64,000 nucleotides of DNA, taken from positions 69-64,068 of the forward strand of contig UREC01000009.1 in NCBI GenBank assembly GCA_900546755.1, given 5' to 3'. This document shows, in pieces, positions 53,469 through 64,000 of this stretch (the first letter of the stretch is position 1; each line of letters opens with the position of its first letter). Both the position numbers and the translations under genes were made by a program. This DNA comes from an uncultured Collinsella sp. Its GTDB lineage: Bacteria > Actinomycetota > Coriobacteriia > Coriobacteriales > Coriobacteriaceae. The notes under the pieces are model-generated. The model was not told where the DNA came from. It saw only the letters and a program-made list of their open reading frames with translations, and ran no database searches.

Positions 53469-54686
53469 TCAACGGTCATCGTCCTTCAGTAAGCGCCACA
53501 GCGTTGTTCGGCTTATGCCCAGCACCTCCGCCGCACGGGTTCGGTTGCCGTGGAGATGATCTACAACCAGATGCGCGATATCTCGCTCGGTATCGGCCAG
53601 CGGTCGCAGGATATACAGGTCGCTTTCGAGTGTCGGGGCGCCAAAGGTTGCGGTCTTAATCACGTCCTCTTGGGCTAGCACTTCCTCCGCCACAGCGCGA
53701 TCCACCGTGCCCGCCCCCACCAATATATACAGTCGTTCCGAGACCTCGCGGAGCTGCAGATAATTGCGCGGCCAGCGGTAAGCATCGAGCGCCTTCGTCG
53801 CCGCGGCAGACAGCGTGGGCGCTGCCGTCCCAAATGCACCAGCGAGATATTCCAAATAGCGCGCAATCTTTTGCGACGTGGCTCCCTGCTCGACGATTGC
53901 CGGCGCCACGCTCACCGCACAGGCGAAGCGCTCGGTCACAAAGGCGGCTTGATCACTTTCGCTGCCGCCCGGCATGTCATTCGCCGTCAGCACCACATGG
54001 CAGCGCGTCGCCAACGCGGTGTCGGCCATCGTGGAAACGAGCTCGCGGAGACGCTGGGGGCCAACCGTGTTCCAGCCCTCAATGCAAAGCGTCAGCCCCG
54101 TTTGGAACAACGGCGATTCGGCGCTTTTGAGCAGATGGCGCCAGCCGCGATCCGTTAGCTCATCGAGCGCAACGGCAACAAAGGGCTGATCGACAAAAGG
54201 ACCGTCCAGATAGAGGCGCATGGCAATCTCGACCTGACCCGTTCCCAGCTCGCCCTCGAGCATAAGGGGCACACCGCGCGCGTAGCTCTCGGCGACCGGC
54301 GCAGCCACCGAGGCAGGCCCCTCAACGATGCCGTACGCGCTCGATTCGTAGCGGGCCTCAACTTCGTCGGCGTTGAGCCACTCGATGCCCGCGTGCGCCG
54401 CGGCGCCGCGCACCTCGCGGACCACGACGACCCAAAGGCCCCCGCCCTCTTTGTCGGCGGGGCGAACGGTCAGGCTCAGGCGCGTACCCGCACGCCCCAT
54501 AACCAGACGCGCGCCGTCTCCTATACGGTCGAGGCGTTCGGCAACAAAAGCTGCCACATCCCGCTCAAGCGCCGCGTCATTCATGGTCGAAATCGCGACG
54601 TCCCCACGCGCATCGATTGCCAATGCCGAGGCCCCGGCAGCAGCCAGGGCCTCGGTCAAGATGTTCAGCTTGGCATCGCTATCCAT
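53469..54686 (-). CDS. Transcriptional regulator with degenerate sigma-54-activator-like AAA+ core and Fis-type HTH
   Basis: 'LMLEGELGTGQVEIAMRLY' sits where the GESGTGK Walker A belongs. 'QPFVAVALDEL', 'TLCIEGW', 'HVVLTAN' and 'YRWPRNYLQLREV' follow, with the C-terminal 'LHGNRTRAAEVLGISRTTLWRLLK'. There is no GAFTGA-like loop. Confidence 0.7.
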   Translation of the reverse strand: MDSDAKLNILTEALAAAGASALAIDARGDVAISTMNDAALERDVAAFVAERLDRIGDGARLVMGRAGTRLSLTVRPADKEGGGLWVVVVREVRGAAAHAGIEWLNADEVEARYESSAYGIVEGPASVAAPVAESYARGVPLMLEGELGTGQVEIAMRLYLDGPFVDQPFVAVALDELTDRGWRHLLKSAESPLFQTGLTLCIEGWNTVGPQRLRELVSTMADTALATRCHVVLTANDMPGGSESDQAAFVTERFACAVSVAPAIVEQGATSQKIARYLEYLAGAFGTAAPTLSAAATKALDAYRWPRNYLQLREVSERLYILVGAGTVDRAVAEEVLAQEDVIKTATFGAPTLESDLYILRPLADTERDIAHLVVDHLHGNRTRAAEVLGISRTTLWRLLKDDDR

Positions 54687-54959
54687 GATTTGCCCCTGTC
54701 CGCGGCGACGTGCAACCGCCGACGGTCGCACGACCGAGTGTTTCAAAATTGAACGATATTGCTCACCAAACACTATAGGGCAGAAAGCGCCGTCCTGCGA
54801 GTATAGGTGTTGCCCCGCATCGCCATCCTGGCGGGGCGATAAGAGCTCTTCGGGACTTATAAACCTGCGGACAAGCCATACCCGCAAGAGCTCCTATCGC
54901 TCCACCGCAGGCTTGCGCTCACCAGCAACCAGCAACCAGCACGCGAATAAGCTACTTCT

Positions 54960-55994
54960 CTACCAGATTCCCAGCACGTGCTGCATTCCCAAGCTCATGC
55001 ACGCAATGCCAATCCAGCAGCAAAAGCCCAGCGCGATGGGCTTGCCGCCCTTTTTGACCAGCTCGACGATATCGGTATTAAAGCCAATAGCCGCCATGGC
55101 CATCACGATAAAGAACTTCGAAAGCTCCTTGATGGGCGCCGTAATGGACGTGGGAAGCTGAAACACCGTGGTGACCACGCTTGCCAGCACAAAGAACAGC
55201 ACGAACATGGGAAACGCGCGTTTAAGCGAAAACGTGCTTTTGGCGTCGCCGCCGGCCTTACGCGCCAGATGCATCTGCCAGCATGCGAGGACCAACGTGA
55301 TGGGAATAATGGCCAGCGTCCTGGTGAGCTTGACCACCGTGGCGCTCTCGAGCACATTGGCACCGGGATGCATACTGTCCCAAGCACTCGCCGCAGCCGT
55401 TACGGACGAGGTGTCGTTGATGGCGGTGCCGGCAAACAGGCCAAAGCCCTCGTTGGTCAGCCCGAGCATACCACCGAGCGTCGGAAACACGAGCGCCGCG
55501 ATAACGTTAAACAGGAAGATGACCGAAATAGCCTGGGCAATCTCGCGATCGTCGGCATCGATGACGGGTGCGGTCGCGGCGATGGCAGAACCGCCGCAAA
55601 TCGACGAACCCACACCCACAAGCGTCGAGATCTTACCCGGCACGTTCATAACGCGGCAGAGCACAAAGGCGATGACAAGCGAGGTCGAGATCGTCGCCAC
55701 GATAATCGGCAGCGACTGGGCGCCCTTGGACAGAATCTGGGAGAGGTTCATGCCAAAGCCAAGCAGGATGACCGCATACTGCAAGATCTTTTTAGACGTA
55801 TAGGTAACGCCGGCGGCAAGCGGCTCACGACGATGCTTGGGAAAGACAAGTGCCAGAACCATGCCGATGAGGATGGCGAATACCGGCCCGCCGACCACCT
55901 CGATCTGTTTGCCGAGCAGCGTTGCGGGAATGGCGATGATCAGGCAGAACAAAACGCCCTTCCAGCGCTCGCGTACGATATTTGCCAGTTGCAT
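54960..55994 (-). CDS. YeiH-family (UPF0324) membrane protein
   Basis: Polytopic, with 'GVGSSICGGSAIAATAPV' and 'GLFAGTAINDTSSV', which are typical of YeiH. Confidence 0.85.
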   Translation of the reverse strand: MQLANIVRERWKGVLFCLIIAIPATLLGKQIEVVGGPVFAILIGMVLALVFPKHRREPLAAGVTYTSKKILQYAVILLGFGMNLSQILSKGAQSLPIIVATISTSLVIAFVLCRVMNVPGKISTLVGVGSSICGGSAIAATAPVIDADDREIAQAISVIFLFNVIAALVFPTLGGMLGLTNEGFGLFAGTAINDTSSVTAAASAWDSMHPGANVLESATVVKLTRTLAIIPITLVLACWQMHLARKAGGDAKSTFSLKRAFPMFVLFFVLASVVTTVFQLPTSITAPIKELSKFFIVMAMAAIGFNTDIVELVKKGGKPIALGFCCWIGIACMSLGMQHVLGIW

Positions 55995-56187
55995 ATGGGA
56001 TTCCTTCTTTCTATTTCACGTTTGCGACGGCTTATGATACGGCAACGTTGAGCACAGCCATGCGTAAACACAGACCAAGATGCCGCAATAGTTCTTGGGC
56101 AACAGTCGAATTACCCACCGCGGAGAGCCGATTCGCGGCATAATTAACAGCTGACATATCAGTGTGATAGAACGGTTGCGAGGCACT

Positions 56188-56889
56188 ATGGAAGAATCGA
56201 TGCACGTCGGCGAGCAGGAAACGAGCCTACAGGACCAGTCCTACCACACCATTCGACGCAAAATCGTCTACCTGGACTACAAACCGGGCGAAAAACTGGG
56301 TGTCAAGCAGCTTTGTGACGACCTGGATATGGGGCGCACCCCTGTGCGCGAGGCGCTGGTGCGTCTGGCGCAAGAGGGCCTGGTGCGTACCGTGCCCCAA
56401 AGCGGCACCTATGTCTCGCCCATCAACCTCACTCTTGCCGAGAGCGCCTGCTACATTCGCGAACACCTGGAAAAGCAGGTGATTGTAGAGTGCTGCGCCC
56501 GTGCCACCTCGGCAGGCATCGAGCAGCTCGACCGAGCCATCGCGCTGCAGGAAAAGACCATGGCCGAGGAGGATCGCATCGGCTTCTTTTTAAGCGACAA
56601 CCTCATGCACCGCATGATCTTTAACATCGCGTGCCGCAGCACCGTGTGGTCGTGGCTCGAGGCGACCAATGCCGACCTGGAGCGCTTCCGCTGGCTGCGC
56701 GCCGCCACGCAGAGGCTCGACAATCAGGAGATTGTTAACGAGCACAAGAAAATCCGCCGCGCTATCGCCGGTCGCGACCCCATCGAGGCGAGCTTTTTGG
56801 TCAGCAAGCACCTGCATATGATGTTCCGCAACCAGACCGAGGTCCTGGACCAATATCCCAAGTACTTCGAGACCAGCAAGCTCCGCTAA
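56188..56889 (+). CDS. GntR-family transcriptional regulator (FCD-type C-domain)
   Basis: 'YHTIRRKIVYLDYKPGEKLGVKQLCDDLDMGRTPVREALVRLAQEGLV'. The start at the ATG at 56188 is approximate. Confidence 0.85.
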   Translation: MEESMHVGEQETSLQDQSYHTIRRKIVYLDYKPGEKLGVKQLCDDLDMGRTPVREALVRLAQEGLVRTVPQSGTYVSPINLTLAESACYIREHLEKQVIVECCARATSAGIEQLDRAIALQEKTMAEEDRIGFFLSDNLMHRMIFNIACRSTVWSWLEATNADLERFRWLRAATQRLDNQEIVNEHKKIRRAIAGRDPIEASFLVSKHLHMMFRNQTEVLDQYPKYFETSKLR

Positions 56890-56890
56890 C

Positions 56891-56977
56891 CTGCCAAAAA
56901 GGGACAAGTTTATTTTGGCAGGTTTTATCTGGGCAAACGCAACAAGGCCCGACTCCGCCACAACGGAGCCGGGCCTT
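56891..56977 (+). repeat. Hairpin + U-run + GC-hairpin module, copy 1 (family 'ccaaaaagggacaggtttattttggcaggttttatctgggg')
   Basis: ctgccaaaa-agggacaagttta-ttttggcag gttttatctgggcaaacgc, then aaggcccgactccg..cggagccgggcctt. It begins 2 nt after the gntR stop. Confidence 0.7.
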
Positions 56978-57002
56978 AGTCGCTAGAACGGCGGAATATT
57001 AG

Positions 57003-58850
<1,848 letters not shown>

Positions 58851-59013
58851 AGGATAAATCCCTTCGTTCGCGTGACTGCAAGACGTCCACGCACAGGGGG
58901 CGCTGAGACGTATAACGTTCGAGTATTGTACTCACGCAAGCGCAAGCTGATATACCAGAAGTGGTATCTCAACTTAGATACCACCCGATGCACACATGCC
59001 CAGCCGGTCCAAA

Positions 59014-59107
59014 CCGCCACAATGGGGACAGGCACCTTTGTGGTGGTCGCGCTGGCAACGGCGTTTCCCCAGATAAAACCTGCCAAAATAAACCTGTCAC
59101 TTTTTGG
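59014..59107 (-). repeat. Hairpin + U-run + GC-hairpin module, copy 2, in the glmS/lacI-type divergent region (glmS leader side)
   Basis: Minus strand: ccaaaaagtgacaggtttattttggcaggttttatctggggaaacgc, then ccaccacaaaggtgcctgtccccattgtggcgg. The second hairpin is related to the kup terminator at 19587-19621. Confidence 0.7.
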
Positions 59108-59162
59108 TTGGTTTAGGATGCTACAATCTGGCTTGTACTTGAAACGCATCAAAGGGGCCGCT

Positions 59163-60296
59163 ATGGCAAAGGTTAAAATCAGCGACGTCGCGCGCGAGGC
59201 CGGGGTTTCGCTTGGCACGGTTTCCAACGCGCTCAACCATCCCGAGAAGTTGCGCCCCGAGACCCTCAGGCTCATCAACGAGACCATCAATCGCCTGGGC
59301 TACCTGCCCAACCAAAGCGCTCGTCAGCTCGCGGGCGGCGCCACCAAGTCCTTTGGCCTGGTGCTCCCCCGTCTCGACCACGGCTTTTCGCTCCAAATCG
59401 CCAGCGGCGCCCACAACGAGGCCCGCAAGCACGGCTACGATCTGCTCATCGCCAATGCCGATAACGACGATATTCTCGAGGATCATTACCTGCGCTATTT
59501 TATGGGCACGCAGATGTCCGGCGTCATGGTTCAGCCCATGGCGTCCCCCGACTGGCACCCCGCTATGACCAAGATGCCCGTGCCGATCGTCTATCTGGAC
59601 ATCCATTGCTCCGAGCCCGGTTACTACGTGGCCGCCGACAACGAGGCACAGGGGCGTATTATCGCCGAGCTCGCCATCGCCCGCGGCGCACGCCATATCA
59701 CCGTTGTGGGCCGAGCGGCATTTATGCAGCTCGGCCTGCGCGTCCTTGGCATCCACAAGGCACTTGCCCTGCATCCTGATATCAAAATTGAGGTCATCGA
59801 TGCCGGGGAGTGGAATACCGCAGCCGACGGCTACAGCATCGGTACCCAGATTGCCGAACGCCCTGCTGACGAGCGCCCCGATTTTGTCATCGGCCTGACC
59901 GACGTATTGGCCTCGGGCGTTATCTCGGCGCTGACCGACAAAGGCATTTCCGTCCCCGGCCAGGTCCGCGTGGCCGGCTGCGACGGCAACCCGCTCGCTT
60001 GGAGCGGATCGGTCCCGCTCACCACGGTAGCACCCCCAGGCTACGAGATTGGCCGCAAGGGCGTGCAGCTGCTCATGGAACAAATCGAGGATAAACCTGC
60101 CGCCAAGACCAAACGAGTCCGCATCGGCTCCGCCGCGCGCACCGTCACCACGGTCCCGGCCACCGAGGACATCAACCGTCAGGAAATCGTGCGTCCCTTC
60201 TTGCTCGAGCGCGTAAGCACCCAAAATGCCAAGCCGCATCCGACGGGCCAACCCATAGTCCCGACAACCGACATCAACCTGGGCGCCTACCTGTAA
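59163..60296 (+). CDS. LacI-family transcriptional regulator
   Basis: 'MAKVKISDVAREAGVSLGTVSNALNHPEKLRPETLRLINETINRLGYLPNQSARQL' HTH plus a periplasmic-binding-protein-like core. There is an extra C-terminal tail of about 50 aa. Confidence 0.9.
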   Translation: MAKVKISDVAREAGVSLGTVSNALNHPEKLRPETLRLINETINRLGYLPNQSARQLAGGATKSFGLVLPRLDHGFSLQIASGAHNEARKHGYDLLIANADNDDILEDHYLRYFMGTQMSGVMVQPMASPDWHPAMTKMPVPIVYLDIHCSEPGYYVAADNEAQGRIIAELAIARGARHITVVGRAAFMQLGLRVLGIHKALALHPDIKIEVIDAGEWNTAADGYSIGTQIAERPADERPDFVIGLTDVLASGVISALTDKGISVPGQVRVAGCDGNPLAWSGSVPLTTVAPPGYEIGRKGVQLLMEQIEDKPAAKTKRVRIGSAARTVTTVPATEDINRQEIVRPFLLERVSTQNAKPHPTGQPIVPTTDINLGAYL

Positions 60297-60302
60297 CAAA
60301 AA

Positions 60303-60339
60303 AACGCCGCAACGGAAACAGTCCCGCTGCGGCGTTTTG
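60303..60339 (+). terminator. Rho-independent terminator after the LacI-family gene
   Basis: aacgccgca-(16-nt loop)-tgcggcgtt followed by ttgc. Confidence 0.7.
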
Positions 60340-60510
60340 CTGGCCCCATGTTCCCTCCCCGTTTAGCCGAACCTGCGGCTACGGATATTTATGGAATGTA
60401 ATCCATTTTTCATTAACTTTTTTGTTAAAATAGATTCAATTCCATATTTTTAGATATTTCCTATAAGTATTGATTTTGCTCCAGTTTTTTCTCGCCAAGA
60501 AAGGGGTTTC

Positions 60511-61716
60511 ATGAATCTGATTGATCGCAAACAGTACCTCGACTGGCTCATTTCGTGGAAAGACTCGCACGTCATCAAGGTCGTTTCGGGCGTGCGAAGG
60601 TCCGGCAAATCAAAGCTATTCGAAATCTACCGTAGCTACCTGCGCGATCATGGAATCACAGGCGACCAGGTTATATCCCTCAACTTTGAAGACCTGGAGT
60701 TCGAGTCGCTTACGTCGTATAGAGCACTCTACAACTACATTTCCGCCAGACTCGTCCCCGATAAGATGAACTACGTTTTTCTGGACGAGATACAGCACGT
60801 CGAGCATTTCGAAAAAGCCGTCGACAGTCTTTTTATCAAGGACAATGTCGACCTCTACATAACCGGTTCCAACGCCTATCTGCTCTCGAGCGAACTGGCA
60901 ACTTTGCTCTCTGGTCGCTACGTAGAGCTCAAGATGCTGCCCCTATCCTTTAAGGAGTTTTGCTCGGCAAAAACCAATGACGGAAAGGCTCCCGCGCAGT
61001 TGTTTGACGAGTACATCACCCGGGGCTCTTTTCCCTTTATCGCCGAGACGGGCATTCAAGGACCCCAGGCGCGCGATTATCTTATGAGCCTCTACGATAC
61101 CATCGTCATACGCGACGTTATCGAACGCCTGAAGGTCTCGGACGTCCCGACCCTGCGCGATATCACCAAGTTCCTACTCCATAGCATTGGAAACCGGATC
61201 TCGATTAAAAAAATCTCCGACACGCTCTCGTCCAACGGCAACAAAACCGACCAGAAAACCGTAGCCAAGTACCTCAAAGGCTTAACAGACAGCCTTGTGC
61301 TGTACTTTGCTCCGCGCTATAACGTGCGCGGTCGGCAGCTTCTTTCAACAAACGGCAAATACTACGCCGTTGACCTTGGACTTAGAGGCGCTCTCGTCAA
61401 AACCCAAAGCAGCGATATCGGTCATATCCTCGAGAATGTTGTTTATCTCGAGCTCCTACGCCGTGGATACGACGTCTACGTGGGCGATATCGACGGCGGG
61501 GAAATCGATTTTGTTGCCCTAAACTCAGACGAGACAGCCTATTTTCAGGTTTCAGCCACAACGCTCGACGAAACTACCCTCAATCGAGAGTTGGCCCCCT
61601 TTAAGAAAGTCCGAGACAACTATCCCAAGACGCTTCTTACGCTCGACACGCTGTTTGCGGACGCGAACTACGAAGGAGTCCGCAAGCGCAACGTGATCGA
61701 CTGGCTCCTGGAGTAA
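60511..61716 (+). CDS. AAA-family ATPase with DUF4143-type C-terminal domain
   Basis: Walker A-like 'GVRRSGKS', Walker B-like 'YVFLDEIQ', C-terminal 'GHILENVVYLELLRRGYDVYVG..GEIDFV' (restriction-endonuclease-like fold family). Clearly lower G+C than its neighbours. Confidence 0.8.
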   Translation: MNLIDRKQYLDWLISWKDSHVIKVVSGVRRSGKSKLFEIYRSYLRDHGITGDQVISLNFEDLEFESLTSYRALYNYISARLVPDKMNYVFLDEIQHVEHFEKAVDSLFIKDNVDLYITGSNAYLLSSELATLLSGRYVELKMLPLSFKEFCSAKTNDGKAPAQLFDEYITRGSFPFIAETGIQGPQARDYLMSLYDTIVIRDVIERLKVSDVPTLRDITKFLLHSIGNRISIKKISDTLSSNGNKTDQKTVAKYLKGLTDSLVLYFAPRYNVRGRQLLSTNGKYYAVDLGLRGALVKTQSSDIGHILENVVYLELLRRGYDVYVGDIDGGEIDFVALNSDETAYFQVSATTLDETTLNRELAPFKKVRDNYPKTLLTLDTLFADANYEGVRKRNVIDWLLE

Positions 61717-61917
61717 CTTGTAGCGTCATAACCCTCCGCCAGCTCCTTACCAAGGCCGCAGCCCCAGTCGCTTAAAGCACAATGCCCCTCTTATCGGCCA
61801 AAACAGCAATCTTGGCGTGATAAGAGGGGCTGACTGCGTCAGCGCCTCCACGCAGGCGCCGTTGCCGTCACCGTCCCGCGGGATCGGGCGCGGGGCATGG
61901 CGACTCGCGTGCGAACG

Positions 61918-62568
61918 CTAACACACGGGCTTGACCGCGGCCGTCAGATCGAACAGCGTATCGAGCACGGCCTCGCAGCCATCCACCACGTCCTGCGGCA
62001 GCGGCACGATATCGGGAACGGCAAAGACGTGGCAGCCGGCCGTGATGCCCGAGACGCAGCCGTTGCGGGAATCCTCGACCACGGCGCACTCCTCGGGAGC
62101 AAAGCCCGCGCGCTCGCAGGCGAGCAGGTACATCTCAGGGTCGGGCTTGCCGTGTACGACGTCCTCGCCGCAGGTCACCGTCTCAAACTTATCAAAGAGG
62201 CCGACCGTCTTAAGGTTGCGCTCGGCGGTAACATGGCGCGACGACGTCGCAAGACCCACGTGATAGCCCGCGGTCAGCAGCTCGTCTAGGCACTCGGCGG
62301 CGCCGGCCTTAAGCTCCAGTTCGGTCTTGACCATCTCGTCGCGAATCTCCTTGTGGCGACGATAGATCGCCTCAGCGGTTTCGCGGCTGCCGTAATGCCC
62401 ATCAAGGATCTCCATGACATCGGGCAGCGTGCGGCCGATAAACTGATGGATCAGCGCATCGTCAATCGCGAATCCCAGCTCGGCCGCGCCCGCCTTCCAC
62501 GCCTTGATACCCAAACGCTCGGTGTCGACCAGCGTTCCGTCCATGTCAAAAATGACAGCCTTGATCAT
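61918..62568 (-). CDS. HAD-IA family hydrolase (beta-phosphoglucomutase-like)
   Basis: 'IKAVIFDMDGTLVDTE', 'GLATSS', 'GKPDPEMYL', 'VEDSRNG'. ATG at 62566-62568. Confidence 0.9.
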   Translation of the reverse strand: MIKAVIFDMDGTLVDTERLGIKAWKAGAAELGFAIDDALIHQFIGRTLPDVMEILDGHYGSRETAEAIYRRHKEIRDEMVKTELELKAGAAECLDELLTAGYHVGLATSSRHVTAERNLKTVGLFDKFETVTCGEDVVHGKPDPEMYLLACERAGFAPEECAVVEDSRNGCVSGITAGCHVFAVPDIVPLPQDVVDGCEAVLDTLFDLTAAVKPVC

Positions 62569-62741
62569 ATCGGTCCCCCATCGCTTCGCGCTGCTGTACT
62601 CCCGCAACTTTACCGCACTTGTAAACTTGTATATAACGTATATAGCATATTGCACTTTCGTTACATAGATAGAAGTCTTATGACAAGTGGCTCGGTAGGA
62701 TTATAGTTTTCGATCGAGTACTCAACGATAAGGATCGTTTC

Positions 62742-63620
62742 ATGATTTTAGACACCACGGCACCCGCAGAGGAGCTTCAAGACAAGCTATCGGCGCTCGA
62801 ACAGCTGCTTTTGGCATACGGGCGCGTGGCTATCGGGTTTTCCGGCGGCGTTGACAGCAGCTTTTTGGCCGCCGTATGCGCCCGCATCATGCCCGCCAGC
62901 ACGCTTCTTGTTCACCTCACTACGCCGCTCATCGGCACGCCCGAGCAGGCTTCGTTTGAGCGGGCGGTTGACGGGCAGGCCGATGAGGGGCCGCATTTCA
63001 AGCTCCCCGTGCTCAACCTCTCGGTCGATCAGCTGCAGCTCCCCCAGGTAGCCTGCAACGACGCCGACCGCTGCTACCACTGCAAGCGCGCCGGCTTTAC
63101 CGCCATCGTCAACCACGCCAGGTCGCTGGGTTTTCCCACCGTCATCGACGGCAGCAACGCAAGCGACCGCGGCGACTACCGCCCCGGCATGCGCGCCGCC
63201 CAGGAGCTCGACGTGCGCTCGCCGCTTATGGAGGTCGGCTTTACCAAGGACGAGGAGCGCGAGCTGCTACGCGCCTGGGGATACCCCGTCTGGAACCTGC
63301 CGGCAGGAGCCTGCCTGGCCACGCGAGTCCCCACGGGCGAGGAGCTCACGCGCGAGAAGGTCGATGTAATCCGCACCTGTGAGGACTACCTGCACGACCT
63401 TGGCCTGGACCAGGTCCGCGCGCGCTTGGTCGGCGGCTGCATGCATATCGAGGCCGCGCCGGCAGACGTCGCCAAGATCGCCGCCCTCGGCAGGACCGCG
63501 GTCAACGACGAGGGCAAGGCCCCGCTTCCCGCCGCCATCGAATCTGCCCTGCGCAACCTAGGCTGCGGCCACATCTCCCACGAGGTCACCCCCTACATCC
63601 ACGGCAACATGAACCTTTAG
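62742..63620 (+). CDS. larE: LarE-family ATP-dependent sulfur transferase (PP-loop ATP pyrophosphatase)
   Basis: PP-loop 'GFSGGVDSSFLA', 'CYHCK', 'GSNASDRGDYRPG', 'PAGACLATRVP'. Confidence 0.8.
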   Translation: MILDTTAPAEELQDKLSALEQLLLAYGRVAIGFSGGVDSSFLAAVCARIMPASTLLVHLTTPLIGTPEQASFERAVDGQADEGPHFKLPVLNLSVDQLQLPQVACNDADRCYHCKRAGFTAIVNHARSLGFPTVIDGSNASDRGDYRPGMRAAQELDVRSPLMEVGFTKDEERELLRAWGYPVWNLPAGACLATRVPTGEELTREKVDVIRTCEDYLHDLGLDQVRARLVGGCMHIEAAPADVAKIAALGRTAVNDEGKAPLPAAIESALRNLGCGHISHEVTPYIHGNMNL

Positions 63621-63804
63621 GTTACGCCGTTTTACAAACGGCGTACCTGCTCGGCGCTGCGCGGGCTCCGGGCACGGCAATCTGACGTTCAGCTTCACGG
63701 GCGCGACCAAAAGGTCAGCGCCCGCTTGTTTCGCGTCACCTTACCGCACCCGGAGCCCGCTCGCTCGCATATGCTCAACCTGAACTACATAAATTGTCGC
63801 CAAC

Positions 63805-63894
63805 CTACCAAAAAGGGACAGGTTTATTTTGGCAGGTTTTATCTGGGGAAACGCAAACAGGGCCGCGACACCCATATGGCGTCGCGGCCCTTTT
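63805..63894 (+). repeat. Hairpin + U-run + GC-hairpin module, copy 3
   Basis: ctaccaaaaagggacaggtttattttggcaggttttatctggggaaacgc, then gggccgcgac-(11-nt loop)-gtcgcggccc followed by tttt. Confidence 0.7.
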
Positions 63895-64000
63895 CCTTGG
63901 AGAAGGATCGATTGATTGAACGGGATGACCGTTCTAGTCTTCGAGTCCGCTATTGATGAGTTCCGCAATCTCAACGGGATCGGTGCTCGCGCGTACCTTG

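Noticed and set aside
58851-59013. Possible glmS ribozyme in the glmS 5' leader
   Set aside because: Only an 'agcgcc' string about 55 nt upstream of the ATG resembles the cleavage-site region. The conserved core elements (GACGAGG, CGGCGGAUGCC and the pseudoknot helices) are absent, and the space is too short.
63934-64000. Minus-strand open frame running off the right edge (ends '...AELINSGLED*' with a stop at 63934-63936)
   Set aside because: Only 22 codons are visible, so the protein cannot be identified or coding confirmed. It probably is the 3' end of a gene that continues beyond the window.

Overview
High-G+C chromosomal window from a Gram-positive-type bacterium. Gene content and an LAxTG sorting signal suggest Actinomycetota, perhaps Coriobacteriia-like, but the taxon is inference only. 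I call about 50 protein genes, one tRNA-Ser(UGA) and one SRP RNA. I saw no rRNA, CRISPR array, transposase, integrase or phage genes. Most of the window is housekeeping or accessory metabolism:
- GGDEF cyclase, and a LysR regulator next to an SDR/MFS/Gfo-Idh-MocA operon
- Tex, and an ascorbate-family PTS (IIA/IIB/IIC) with two paralogous transaldolase-like genes and a DeoR regulator
- RlmKL, and a Kup K+ transporter next to a truncated KdpD/KdpE pair
- an LtaS-family sulfatase, and two heterodimeric ABC-exporter pairs (one with MarR)
- a TadA-glycerate kinase fusion ORF, IlvE, DedA, CysE, YeiH, GlmS, a DUF4143-type AAA ATPase and LarE

The stand-out is a lower-G+C island of about 9.4 kb (25.85-35.1 kb, minus strand). 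It encodes a SipW-type signal peptidase and four TasA/camelysin-like paralogs; three of these carry SipW-cognate-type signal peptides and the fourth an LAxTG anchor. An embedded 1823-aa GLUG/InlB-B-repeat protein has no anchor of its own. An internal terminator follows the first subunit gene. A G10 tract sits in the spacer of a candidate promoter. Two collinear copies of a ~320-bp BIME-like repeat array bracket the island.

The intergenic space also holds several REP/MITE-like hairpin families. One is a three-copy hairpin-plus-terminator module, with one copy in the glmS leader.

All functions come from motif recognition by eye, and starts were refined from RBS context. No database search or folding computation was run.
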